From Promethearchaeota archaeon (GTDB taxonomy: Archaea; Asgardarchaeota; Lokiarchaeia; Sigyniarchaeales; SOKP01), in NCBI GenBank assembly GCA_019894975.1, contig JAGXNO010000001.1, forward strand, positions 96,001 to 160,000: 64,000 nt of DNA, read 5' to 3'. Positions 1-9,428 of this stretch are shown here, piece by piece (position 1 is the stretch's first letter; each line of letters begins with the position of its first letter). The position numbers and the translations under genes are program-made. A model generated the notes under the pieces. The model had not been told where the DNA came from. It was given only the letters and a program-made list of their open reading frames with translations, and ran no database searches.

Positions 1-365
1 ACTTTGGATTTATGTGTATTGGTTATTGCTATCCCCGTTAATAAATTATGGGTTTTTCCTATTAATTTTTTAAGAATTCTAAAAGCATCTTGTTCATCTA
101 GTGCTTTACCAATGATTTCACCATTTAGCTCTACAACCGTATCAGCAGCTATTATAATCCCCTCTTTTTTACTTCTTTGCATTACTTCTTTTGCGTTCAA
201 TCCTTTTGTCCGAGCTAATTCCATTACCAGTTGTATTGGGTCTTTAATTTCTTTTTTAAACTGTTCTTCATCAACATCAGTTTTTAGAACTTCAATTGGT
301 ATTCTGGCCTGCTTAAATAATTCCCTTCTATCAGGAGATTTTGATGCTAGTATAATACGCTCCAA
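1..365 (-). CDS. maf: Maf family nucleotide pyrophosphatase (runs off the window edge)
   Basis: Not in the ORF track. Manual translation from TTG at 365 gives MERIILASKSPDRRELF...IIAADTVVELNGEIIGKA...THNLLTGIAI, with Maf motifs ILASxSPxR and ADT...GK. SD AGGTGA lies upstream (372-377). Confidence 0.9.
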   Translation of the reverse strand, partial: MERIILASKSPDRRELFKQARIPIEVLKTDVDEEQFKKEIKDPIQLVMELARTKGLNAKEVMQRSKKEGIIIAADTVVELNGEIIGKALDEQDAFRILKKLIGKTHNLLTGIAITNTHKSK

Positions 366-510
366 ATTATATCACCTTTTTCGCTTAAAATTAACCTAAT
401 TAAAGTAAGAATATATTTCTTGTTAACGTTATTAGTAAATTTATTTACATATATTTTATTAGCCTTTAAGATCAATTATTGTTTAAAGAATAAACCCCGT
501 TTAAGTCATC

Positions 511-1614
511 ATGGATTACTATTACATCTGGTTTAGTGTAATCGTTTTTTTTTATATCCTTATCATTTATGGTTTTGCAATTTTTTCTAACAAAAATGAT
601 AATTTAAATAACTTAACTGCGTTTGTAACCTTATTCTTCGTATTTGTACATATTTTTATCTTTCTTGTTTTAATGAATCAAGAAGATAGGTTAAGATCTT
701 TTATGGTACCATTATGGTTATTAATTTTAAGCATACCACCCTTGATTATATGTATTTTAATTTTCTTCTCCTCTATTTTTGTTTACACATATGAAAAAAT
801 GGCCAAGAAAGATTTATCAAGTTTAGGAAAAGAATTAGAAAGAAAAAAAGAAACTTGGAGTAAAGCTAAGAAGGATACCCACAGAAAATTAAATCATGTA
901 CTAATTTTTCTAGGACTTGTTTTAGTTTGGTACGTAGGATTGTTTATTGCACACGATTATACAGGATCTTCCGTAGGAATGATTCCTGAAGAGAATAACA
1001 TGCTTCTACTATATTTTAGACTAATTACAGAACTGAATTCAATATTTGAAGTTCTTTTTTCATTAGGATGGTTTTACTATATTTTATTTTTCTTTTTTTA
1101 CATTTTTAATCTATTTATCTTAGCAAACGAATTTGCACGTAAGTCAAACTCCCTTTCGTTTCCTTTTACTTTTTTTACCAAGATATATCTTTCTGAGAAA
1201 GAGAGACAAAATTATGGTTCTTATTTATTCTTTGCGATTGGACAGATGTTTGCTGCTTTTGTCTGTCCACCTATGGTGTTCTTTACTATTTTAGGAATTG
1301 GTTCAATTAGTGATTTGATGACAAGCCAAGTGGGTATAAGGTTTGGAAAAACACACATTTCATGGAATAAAAATAAGACTTGGGAAGGCACAATAGCTGG
1401 CACTTTAGTCACTTTAGCAATCTGTTTCTTGTTTGTTGGTATTTATTGGTCATTAATTTTCACACTAGCGTTTTTAGTTTTCGATATATTCACTGAAAAA
1501 CCAATTAATCTCTCAGACAACTTATTAATACCCATTGGATGTAGTCTTATATATTTGCTTGTTAGATTCTTCTTTAATTTGGATTATTATACACTCATAA
1601 TATATTGGATTTAA
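511..1614 (+). CDS. Polyprenol/dolichol/diacylglycerol kinase-like membrane protein (CTP-dependent, cytidylyltransferase superfamily)
   Basis: Multi-TM protein with RKLNH, SDLMTSQVGIRFGK, KTWEG and SDNLLIP motifs. Confidence 0.8.
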   Translation: MDYYYIWFSVIVFFYILIIYGFAIFSNKNDNLNNLTAFVTLFFVFVHIFIFLVLMNQEDRLRSFMVPLWLLILSIPPLIICILIFFSSIFVYTYEKMAKKDLSSLGKELERKKETWSKAKKDTHRKLNHVLIFLGLVLVWYVGLFIAHDYTGSSVGMIPEENNMLLLYFRLITELNSIFEVLFSLGWFYYILFFFFYIFNLFILANEFARKSNSLSFPFTFFTKIYLSEKERQNYGSYLFFAIGQMFAAFVCPPMVFFTILGIGSISDLMTSQVGIRFGKTHISWNKNKTWEGTIAGTLVTLAICFLFVGIYWSLIFTLAFLVFDIFTEKPINLSDNLLIPIGCSLIYLLVRFFFNLDYYTLIIYWI

Positions 1615-1687
1615 AAAAACAAATAGTATAGAGATTTTAGAGAAGATCATAACATTTTAAGAATATTTAATATTACTAAACAAGAAA

Positions 1688-2719
1688 ATGTATTATCTGC
1701 CAACAACAATCATTTTTATTACCTATTCAATTTTAACGCTAATTTATTCTCTTAAGAATAGGCAGATCAAGAAGAAAAATCATATATTTATAAATGAGAT
1801 TTTACTTGCTGCATTATTTTTAGTAGCGGGGGTTTTATTTCCTTTTTTGTATCAGTCTCAATCTCCTGATTTAAGTCGAAACTCGCTAAATTATATGTGG
1901 TTATTTACATCAACCATTCTTATATTAGAATTGGGAATATGGGTCGTTATGCTAGGTTACAATGGAAGAATTTCAAAAAAAAATCCTGAAATTATGGCAG
2001 AAAGAGACTATAAAAAATTTTGTGAAGAATTTGATAAAAACTGGGTTGATGATTTGAGAAGTGAAGCTGGGAGAAAACTTTTACATCTATTTGCATGTTT
2101 CGTGATCTTCTTCTTCTGGACTCTAGGGCTTATCCTAGAAGATATTGGAATTCTACCCCAATGGGGTTTAGATAACTATAGTTTCTCATATTGGCTAACA
2201 ATTACTGTTGGTTTTGGATTTGTAATCATGGTTCAAATAGGAGATCTGGCACGACTGAATAAATTCTACTTACTTCCTAAATGGAGTAAACGATGGTATA
2301 AATCTATGCGCCAAGAAGAGCAATTTACATTTGTTGCTTCCACACCTTTGGTATTATCGTTTATACCATTTCTATTTGCGCCTTTTCCGATTTTTGGGGC
2401 TGTAGTCTTAATAACAACAGGAGCAGATGCAGTCGCTTGCATAATTGGGAAAAAATATGGAAAGTATAGTCTTAGAAAAAACTCAAATAAGACAATTGAA
2501 GGTTTTATTGCAGGTGGCGTTTCAACATTTCTAATTGTTATTATTATTTTGACTCTATATCATCCATGGATGCCAGTGAGCATATCAAAAATATTCATAA
2601 TGGCATCCGTTGCCACAATTTTATTCTTAATGGTTGATAGATTTGTCAGGAATATATCAGATAATATTTTGAATCCTTTAATGACAGGATTTGGTATCTG
2701 GATTATTCTATTTCTTTAA
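1688..2719 (+). CDS. Polyprenol/dolichol/diacylglycerol kinase-like membrane protein, tandem paralog
   Basis: RKLLH, ADAVACIIGKKYGK, KTIEG and SDNILNP motifs. Confidence 0.8.
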   Translation: MYYLPTTIIFITYSILTLIYSLKNRQIKKKNHIFINEILLAALFLVAGVLFPFLYQSQSPDLSRNSLNYMWLFTSTILILELGIWVVMLGYNGRISKKNPEIMAERDYKKFCEEFDKNWVDDLRSEAGRKLLHLFACFVIFFFWTLGLILEDIGILPQWGLDNYSFSYWLTITVGFGFVIMVQIGDLARLNKFYLLPKWSKRWYKSMRQEEQFTFVASTPLVLSFIPFLFAPFPIFGAVVLITTGADAVACIIGKKYGKYSLRKNSNKTIEGFIAGGVSTFLIVIIILTLYHPWMPVSISKIFIMASVATILFLMVDRFVRNISDNILNPLMTGFGIWIILFL

Positions 2720-2729
2720 AATAAAGGCT

Positions 2730-3020
2730 TTATCCACCAAAATAAATATAGATAAAAACAATTTGATCTCCATCTTTTAATCTTGTTTCTAAGAACTTAT
2801 CATGCTGGTAACTCCTTCCATTAATAATAATAGATAAAAACTTACTAAAGACTCCTTTATTTCCTTTTTCCCAGACTAATTCAGTAAATCTCTCACCATA
2901 CTTCTGCCCAAAAAACTCAATTAGCTCAGCTAAAGTAAGTTCTTTTTCAAAATCAAATATTTCGTTTATGGTTTTAGTTACTTCATTAAACGGTGGAGAA
3001 AATTCCAAGTGTAATTTCAT
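2730..3020 (-). CDS. MoaD/ThiS family ubiquitin-like sulfur carrier (SAMP-like)
   Basis: 96 aa beta-grasp pattern (IIINGR...LKDGDQI) with C-terminal GG. Confidence 0.85.
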   Translation of the reverse strand: MKLHLEFSPPFNEVTKTINEIFDFEKELTLAELIEFFGQKYGERFTELVWEKGNKGVFSKFLSIIINGRSYQHDKFLETRLKDGDQIVFIYIYFGG

Positions 3021-3136
3021 AGTCTAATTAAACCTAAGAGTTTAATTATGTTAATAATTTAAAATAAAGTTATTAATAAAAATTTGACGTTAATACAAAA
3101 TAAAAAAAAGAAAACTAAGTTAATTGTTGTATTTAA

Positions 3137-3307
3137 TCAATCATCGTCGCCGGCTTCTTTAACTGCCTTTTCGAACCCTTTCTTAACACTACCTTTCTTG
3201 ATTCCTTTTTTTACGCCTTTTCCTAAAGCTTCAGAACCTGTAACATTTTCCACAATTCCCCCAGCAGCTTTAGCGACGCCCTTCTTTAATTTCTTTAATG
3301 CACCCAT
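3137..3307 (-). CDS. Small Lys/Gly-rich basic protein (56 aa)
   Basis: Manual translation MGALKKLKKGVAKAAGGIVENVTGSEALGKGVKKGIKKGSVKKGFEKAVKEAGDDD*. SD-like GAGTGA upstream and a T-rich tract downstream. More plausible than the antisense ORF 3084-3329. Confidence 0.7.
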   Translation of the reverse strand: MGALKKLKKGVAKAAGGIVENVTGSEALGKGVKKGIKKGSVKKGFEKAVKEAGDDD

Positions 3308-3565
3308 AAATATCACTCTCTTTCATTAAATGTATTGTTTTAAATCTGTAGTATATTCTTACATTATCATAATGTAAATATGGGTTTAATAAATGTTGTG
3401 GGAGACTTGAAGTATATTTGAACTGAGATATTCTAGACTTTTAGAATTAAAAATTTATTTTACCCCATGGAATTTTATTAATTTTTTAACAATTATATTC
3501 TAATATTGTTATTACATATCAATATCAGTTTAACTAGTTAAAAAAATTGAGTAGATTTAATTAAA

Positions 3566-4567
3566 ATGGCTAAAGTTATTTTTATTTCCAAAAAAGATGT
3601 CAGAGATGCTTGGTTATCTGCCGTTGGTCAAGTTTTGTATCATGGAGATGATATAAAGACTGAATATGACAAAAAAGAGGATCCTCCTTCTAAGGACGCT
3701 ACGGTATTAATTGAAATTAAAGAACCGTTTAGCAATCCTATTAAGCGTAAAGATAAAATCATGAAGATTAGATCTAAATTCGGAATTTCCTATGAAGTAT
3801 ATGGTTGCATGGCTGATACCTACTTAATTGGTTCTATTCAGAGCGGTTATATTGAAGAAATTATGGAGGGTGTAAATGATCATTTATTACATGACTCCGG
3901 GGTAAGTTTTCCATATTCTTATCATGACAGAATATTTAATTATGCTCCGTATTCTCTTGAGGATTCTATACATATAAATTATGATTTAGAACCTGTTAAT
4001 ACTGATTTTGTAAAATCTCATGAAAAATTATTGAAAGCAGAGAAAATCAGCAGTACAACTGATTCTACTATTTGGAAGCTAAGTAATGGGATTGAATTTG
4101 ATTTAGACAAAACAATCTCAGAGCAAATTGCTGTTGATAAAGTTCCAATTGCTGCATTATTGTTCCCAAGAATCAACCAAATGGAGTATATAATCCAAAA
4201 ATTAAAAGAAACACCATATTCACGCAGAGCACAAGCAATAACTTGGCGTCCATTAGTTGATCCTTATCATGAGGATCCTCCATGTCTTCAGAGGATTTTC
4301 ATGCGAATTAAGGAAGGAAAATTGTTGATGCAAACAACATGGAGGAGTCGTGATCTCTTTCGAGCATGGGAGGCAAACGTAAACGGTATGATACGAATTC
4401 AAAAGAGCATTGCAGATAAATTAAATGTTGAAGTGGGACACTATTTAGATTTCAGCAATTCTCTTCATATCTATGGCAGTACTATTGCAGAAGTTAAGGA
4501 TATGTTCCAGCGCATGAAAGTCAGAGGGGAAGAATTTCCTGAAGAAATTGCTAATTTAATAGAATAA
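3566..4567 (+). CDS. thyA: Thymidylate synthase, archaeal type, with internal insertion
   Basis: YSYHDRI, PYSRRAQAITW, catalytic PPCLQ, WRSRD..AWEAN and SLHIY motifs. Confidence 0.88.
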   Translation: MAKVIFISKKDVRDAWLSAVGQVLYHGDDIKTEYDKKEDPPSKDATVLIEIKEPFSNPIKRKDKIMKIRSKFGISYEVYGCMADTYLIGSIQSGYIEEIMEGVNDHLLHDSGVSFPYSYHDRIFNYAPYSLEDSIHINYDLEPVNTDFVKSHEKLLKAEKISSTTDSTIWKLSNGIEFDLDKTISEQIAVDKVPIAALLFPRINQMEYIIQKLKETPYSRRAQAITWRPLVDPYHEDPPCLQRIFMRIKEGKLLMQTTWRSRDLFRAWEANVNGMIRIQKSIADKLNVEVGHYLDFSNSLHIYGSTIAEVKDMFQRMKVRGEEFPEEIANLIE

Positions 4568-4577
4568 ATCCAATTCA

Positions 4578-5333
4578 TTAGAAGATACGTGGAAAGATTT
4601 CTTTTGTATTCTCATAAAGTTGATTTTCTAATTTATCAATAGGAATATTTTTTAAATTAGATATAGTATCTAAGACATCCTTAATCATTGCAGGAGTTCC
4701 GTCTTTTCCTGAATATTTCACTGGTCCATCACTTTCAAGTAGGAGATGTTCTATATCAACTGTTAATACCGTTTTTTTTACTGCTGGTGAATAGCTAATT
4801 GCTGGGGTAATTGAGAAAAAATAACCTCTATCAATTCCTAAATTTAAAAATTCTTCTGGTCCTGAATACCAATGAACATTAACATTAGGTAAGTTAAAAG
4901 AGGGAAGCATATCAAATATTATTTTTTCGCCCCCTTTTGTATGTAGATTCACAGGTAACTCTAACTCCTGAGCAAGTGTTAACATTTGTTCAAAAATATT
5001 TGTTTGAAGTGGGTATAACTCTTTTTCCTTTACAAAATGATGATCTAAACCAATTTCACCAATTGCACAGATATTATTTCTATTAGCTCTTATTAATTTG
5101 ATAACAGATTCTAATTGATTTTCAATATCTTTATTCATCTTTACTTCTTCAGGATGAATTCCTAAGGCAGGATATATTTCATCGTATCGCTCTGATATTT
5201 CCAATATTCTTCCAATGCTTACAGCACTCATTCCAACTGCAATTATCTTTTCAACCCCTACGTTCTTAGCCTCTATAATGACTTGATCTAGAGCTAAGTA
5301 AAGATTTGCGTGGCAGTGAATATCAATTAGAAT
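4578..5333 (-). CDS. tatD: TatD family deoxyribonuclease (probable ATT start at 5333)
   Basis: GIHP, IGEIGLD, LH, HWYSG and ESDGP motifs. The N-terminal metal motif LIDIHCH lies in frame upstream of the ORF-track ATG at 5231. Confidence 0.9.
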   Translation of the reverse strand: MLIDIHCHANLYLALDQVIIEAKNVGVEKIIAVGMSAVSIGRILEISERYDEIYPALGIHPEEVKMNKDIENQLESVIKLIRANRNNICAIGEIGLDHHFVKEKELYPLQTNIFEQMLTLAQELELPVNLHTKGGEKIIFDMLPSFNLPNVNVHWYSGPEEFLNLGIDRGYFFSITPAISYSPAVKKTVLTVDIEHLLLESDGPVKYSGKDGTPAMIKDVLDTISNLKNIPIDKLENQLYENTKEIFPRIF

Positions 5334-5381
5334 TTTTTACACCTCTAATAAAATAATATAGGAATAAAGAAATATTATAGT

Positions 5382-5720
5382 TTACATGGAATTAATTTGT
5401 TCACGAATGAGAGCGATCTTCTTAACTAATTCAAACTTCTTTCTCCTATTATAATCAGATGAATCTAAATGATCTTGAAGAGTTATTAACTCCTTTAATA
5501 AGTATTTTTTTAAATCTTCTTTAGTGAAATGTCCAATATGCTCTGGGAGAGGTTCAATTTTGGCTGCTCTCTTTATTCTTAAGTCAGAAATTGCTTTCGC
5601 TAGTTGGGCTTGAAAGCCGCTAGCCTTACTTGGATCAATATCTCCCAATGTATCTAAAGAAGTTGTTAATCCATCAATGAAGGCTTCTAAATCTTCTACT
5701 TCAATTGTATCATCAGGCAT
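5382..5720 (-). CDS. Hypothetical alpha-helical protein
   Basis: 112 aa ORF filling an intergenic gap; no recognisable motif. Confidence 0.65.
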   Translation of the reverse strand: MPDDTIEVEDLEAFIDGLTTSLDTLGDIDPSKASGFQAQLAKAISDLRIKRAAKIEPLPEHIGHFTKEDLKKYLLKELITLQDHLDSSDYNRRKKFELVKKIALIREQINSM

Positions 5721-5837
5721 TGGAAAACTTGGAAAAATTAAATGTCTCTTTTTTTAAATTCTAGAAACAACTTAGATATTTATTATTGATTATTCTACTT
5801 TAACCTAAATGTAAATTACTAATCCTCAAGCTACGTT

Positions 5838-6458
5838 TTATCTTCTTTTTCTTAATTTTGGAATTAACATCGGAACAGAATTTTTATAATTTTCAAATTT
5901 TTTACCGAATTCTTTTAATAATTCCTTTTCCTCTTTCCACGATAAAAGATAAACTATTAACATTATTATAGGAGTTGCTAAGATAGAATATAAGGAGGAA
6001 AGTAGAATAGAGATTCCTATATGCGATAAAATTGCTCCGAAATATTGTGGATGTCTAATCCGAGAATAGATTCCATTACTAATAACTTCTTCAGGTCTGT
6101 GTGTTTCCGCTACCTTTAAGGTTGTTTCCTTTACCCCTACAATTCCAAACCAAGCACCAATAAATATAATTGGTATTGATATTATTAGATGCAATACTGA
6201 AATTGAAAAACTGAAAAACAATATGAAATCTAAGCTAGCAGAGATTTTGGGGATGGTAAACTTAGGTTGAGGTGAAATCCATATACCAAAAAGAAATAAA
6301 AAAAACCCCCATCCTGAAATTAATCCAAAAATAGTGGTTAATTTCTTTCCCTTCTGTTGTCCATATCGATCCTGGAGTTTTATGTGTTCTAATGACCAGA
6401 AATAGAAAGGTATAATTGAAATTAATCCAATAACACTTGTCAGGAACATGAAGTACAT
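5838..6458 (-). CDS. Isoprenylcysteine carboxyl methyltransferase / PEMT family membrane protein
   Basis: GIYSRIRHPQYFG and EEKELLKEFGKKFENYKNSVP motifs. Confidence 0.85.
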   Translation of the reverse strand: MYFMFLTSVIGLISIIPFYFWSLEHIKLQDRYGQQKGKKLTTIFGLISGWGFFLFLFGIWISPQPKFTIPKISASLDFILFFSFSISVLHLIISIPIIFIGAWFGIVGVKETTLKVAETHRPEEVISNGIYSRIRHPQYFGAILSHIGISILLSSLYSILATPIIMLIVYLLSWKEEKELLKEFGKKFENYKNSVPMLIPKLRKRR

Positions 6459-6588
6459 GTAAGATTTCCTCTTTGGAAAAAAAAGTTTTGTATATATAAG
6501 GATATTAACTTACGAATACCTATAATTATATTTAAAATCCCTTCATAACTAAATTTAGTGTAATTAAAACTAATAATAGGAGAAAATA

Positions 6589-8499
6589 ATGCATACTATT
6601 TCAGATACAGAACTCTCTCAATTATTGAGAAAATACCAAAAGAAGCAAGTAACTATCGATGACGCTATAAAAAAATTCATACAACCCGGAAATAGAATTT
6701 TTATTGATTCAGGCTGCTCGGAACCTATAGATCTAACTAAAAAGTTGATTGAGCTTGGACTAAAGCTTCCAGATGTAGAAATCTTACATTTTCTTAGCTT
6801 GAGTGATCTTGATTATTATAAAACTGTTGGGGGGATAGAAGATTTATTTAGACATAATGCTTTATTCATTGGAAAATCACTTCGTAAGTATATAAGAGAA
6901 GGTCAGGCAGACTACACACCAATACTACTTTCGGAAATCCCAAGGTTATTTAAATCGGGCAAGATGCATTTGGATACGGCTTTAATTCAAGTGAGTCCCC
7001 CTGATAAATATGGATACTGTAGTTTTGGTATAAATGTAGATATTGTAAAACCAATAGCCGAAGTAGCTAATTGTGTAATTGCTGAGATAAATCCAAAAAT
7101 GCCGCGGACCTGGGGAGATTCTTTTATTCACATGGATGAAATTGATGCCTTTGTTATTTCAAATCACGACTTAATTGAATACAGTTACGGAAAACCTGAT
7201 AAAACAGCAAATGATATTGCGAAATATGTAGCGTCTTTAATAGAAAACGAATCAACAATTCAAATGGGGATAGGAATAATCCCTAACGCTGTTACTGATG
7301 CACTCCATGAAAAAAAGGATTTGGGTGTTCATAGTGAAGTATTTTCGGATGGGATCGTCGATCTTGTTGAACAAGGTGTCATTACATGTAAGAAGAAAAC
7401 AATACATAAAGATAAGATTATATGTTCGTTTGTTATGGGCTCAAAGAGACTATATGATTTTGTAAACGATAATCCTATGGTGGAATTTCACCCAAGCGAT
7501 TATACCAATGATCCCTTTATTATCAGCCAGAACAAAAGGCAGGTTGCAATAAATGCTGCACTTTCAGTAGATCTAACAGGACAAGTGAATTCAGATTCTA
7601 TTGGATATAAATTTTATAGCGGAATTGGGGGACAGGTTGACTTTGTCCGAGGTGCTGCTCGTGCAAAGTATGGTAAACCAATAATGGTAATACCATCAAC
7701 AGCAACATTAAAAGATGGAACAGTTGTTTCTCGGATAGTACCATATCTTCAACCAGGATCGGGAGTAGTAATTACAAGAGGGGATGTACATTATGTTGTT
7801 TCCGAATGGGGTATCGCATATTTATATGGGAAATCTATACGTGAAAGAGTTCTTCAAATGATAAATATTGCGCATCCTGATTTCAGAGAAGAACTTCTAG
7901 AACAGGCAAAAAAATGGAATTATGTGTACTCAGATCAAAAATTACCTGTCTCTATTGATGGTAGAATTTCCATATATCCTCAAAAATATGAGATTATGAT
8001 AACTTTGAAAAATGAGAAAGTAATAAAAATCCGACCAGTGAAACCCACTGATGAGAGAATGATCCAAGAGTTACATTATTCTCTTGACGATAGGGATAGG
8101 TACCGGCGTTTTTTTACTCCTATGAAGGACTTTCGTCATAAGAAAATTGCCCCAATGGTGAATATTGATTATTCTACTGATATGATATTAGTTGCTGTCG
8201 ATAGTGAGAATGGAGAAGAAAAGATTATTGCGATGGGTGGTTTTTTTAAGACAGGTCAACCTTCTTTAGCAGAATTATTATTTGTAGTTCATAAAGATTG
8301 GCGAGGATTAGGATTAACAAGATTCTTATTACCGTTTCTTGTTCAAATTGGACGAGAACTTAATTATAAGAGTTTAGGGGGTTCAATGTTACTTGAAAAC
8401 AAGGCGATGATTCATGTTATTAACACTTCTGGATATGAAATAAAACTCAGAAGAATTGAGAGTGGTGTAACTGAATTTATTTTTGACATTTCAAAATGA
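6589..8499 (+). CDS. Acetyl-CoA hydrolase/CoA-transferase (4-hydroxybutyrate CoA-transferase-like) fused to C-terminal GNAT domain
   Basis: LIQVSPPD.GYCSFG, QMGIG.IPNA, LGVHSE, SGIGGQVDF and IAHPDFRE motifs. C-terminal IRPVKPTD...RFF...VHKDWRGLG is GNAT-like. Confidence 0.9.
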   Translation: MHTISDTELSQLLRKYQKKQVTIDDAIKKFIQPGNRIFIDSGCSEPIDLTKKLIELGLKLPDVEILHFLSLSDLDYYKTVGGIEDLFRHNALFIGKSLRKYIREGQADYTPILLSEIPRLFKSGKMHLDTALIQVSPPDKYGYCSFGINVDIVKPIAEVANCVIAEINPKMPRTWGDSFIHMDEIDAFVISNHDLIEYSYGKPDKTANDIAKYVASLIENESTIQMGIGIIPNAVTDALHEKKDLGVHSEVFSDGIVDLVEQGVITCKKKTIHKDKIICSFVMGSKRLYDFVNDNPMVEFHPSDYTNDPFIISQNKRQVAINAALSVDLTGQVNSDSIGYKFYSGIGGQVDFVRGAARAKYGKPIMVIPSTATLKDGTVVSRIVPYLQPGSGVVITRGDVHYVVSEWGIAYLYGKSIRERVLQMINIAHPDFREELLEQAKKWNYVYSDQKLPVSIDGRISIYPQKYEIMITLKNEKVIKIRPVKPTDERMIQELHYSLDDRDRYRRFFTPMKDFRHKKIAPMVNIDYSTDMILVAVDSENGEEKIIAMGGFFKTGQPSLAELLFVVHKDWRGLGLTRFLLPFLVQIGRELNYKSLGGSMLLENKAMIHVINTSGYEIKLRRIESGVTEFIFDISK

Positions 8500-8556
8500 T
8501 TCCTGTTATATTTTTACTATGAACAATTTATCTCGATAACATTGCGGTGAATTATA

Positions 8557-9417
8557 ATTCTTATCTCAGAATTCCATAACCTATATAATTCTCGCGGTCT
8601 TTCACCAGAGGTAGTTTCACAATTCCGAAGTATAATTTATGGCTATTATAAACAGCAAGGTAGAAATTTTCCCTTTAGAGAAAATATAACTCCTTATAAT
8701 GTTTTAGTGTCAGAAATCATGTTGCAACAAACTCAGACAGGAAGAGTTTCAGAAAAATTTCTTGCCTTCATTGATAAATTCCCAGATTTTCATGCCTTAT
8801 CAAAAGCTTCACTGGAAGAAGTTCTTAAAACATGGCAAGGTTTAGGTTATAATCGAAGAGCAGTAGCATTAAAAAAAATAGCTGAAAATGTAATTACTGA
8901 TTATAATGGTGTTCTACCAGATTCGATCGAAACATTAAAATCTTTTCCACAGATAGGCCATAATACAGCTTCTTCAATCGTTACATTCGCTTTTAATAGA
9001 CCTACTGTTTTTATTGAAACCAATATAAGAAGAGTATATATCTACTTCTTTTTTCCTGGTAAAATTAGTATAGTCGATAAAACGATCGTTCCAATTTTAG
9101 AGAAAACTATGGATAGCGAAAACCCTCGAAACTGGTATTATGCTTTAATGGATTATGGTGTGATGTTAAAAAAAACCTTTCCTGATTTAAACAAACGAAG
9201 TGCTCACTATCGGAAACAAGCACCCTTTAAAGGTTCTAATCGAGAAATAAGAGGTAAAATATTGAAAATTCTTATAAATAATAAGAATATGAAAAAAAGT
9301 GATCTTCTGAAAGAATTAAAAGATATTAGCCCTGAAAAGCTAACACAGATCCTTAATCGATTAGAGAAAGAGAGTTTCATTAAAAACGAGAGAGGTAACA
9401 TTCAGATTGTTAAGTAA
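8557..9417 (+). CDS. mutY: A/G-specific adenine glycosylase, Fe-S-cluster-less type (probable ATT start at 8557)
   Basis: YY..GRNFPFR...PYNVLVSEIMLQQTQ, WQGLGYNRRA, HhH-like FPQIGHNTA and ETNIRRV. The conserved N-terminal part lies upstream of the ORF-track GTG at 8707. Confidence 0.85.
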   Translation: MLISEFHNLYNSRGLSPEVVSQFRSIIYGYYKQQGRNFPFRENITPYNVLVSEIMLQQTQTGRVSEKFLAFIDKFPDFHALSKASLEEVLKTWQGLGYNRRAVALKKIAENVITDYNGVLPDSIETLKSFPQIGHNTASSIVTFAFNRPTVFIETNIRRVYIYFFFPGKISIVDKTIVPILEKTMDSENPRNWYYALMDYGVMLKKTFPDLNKRSAHYRKQAPFKGSNREIRGKILKILINNKNMKKSDLLKELKDISPEKLTQILNRLEKESFIKNERGNIQIVK

Positions 9418-9428
9418 AATACGAATTA

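Noticed and set aside
4-399. 131 aa plus-strand ORF
   Set aside because: It is the antisense shadow of maf.
3084-3329. 81 aa plus-strand ORF
   Set aside because: It is the shadow of the minus-strand Lys/Gly-rich gene, which has an ATG and SD.
8542-8550. TTG CGG TGA as a selenocysteine readthrough start for mutY
   Set aside because: The TGA is part of the SD motif, lies in a non-conserved position, and no SECIS-like element was recognised.
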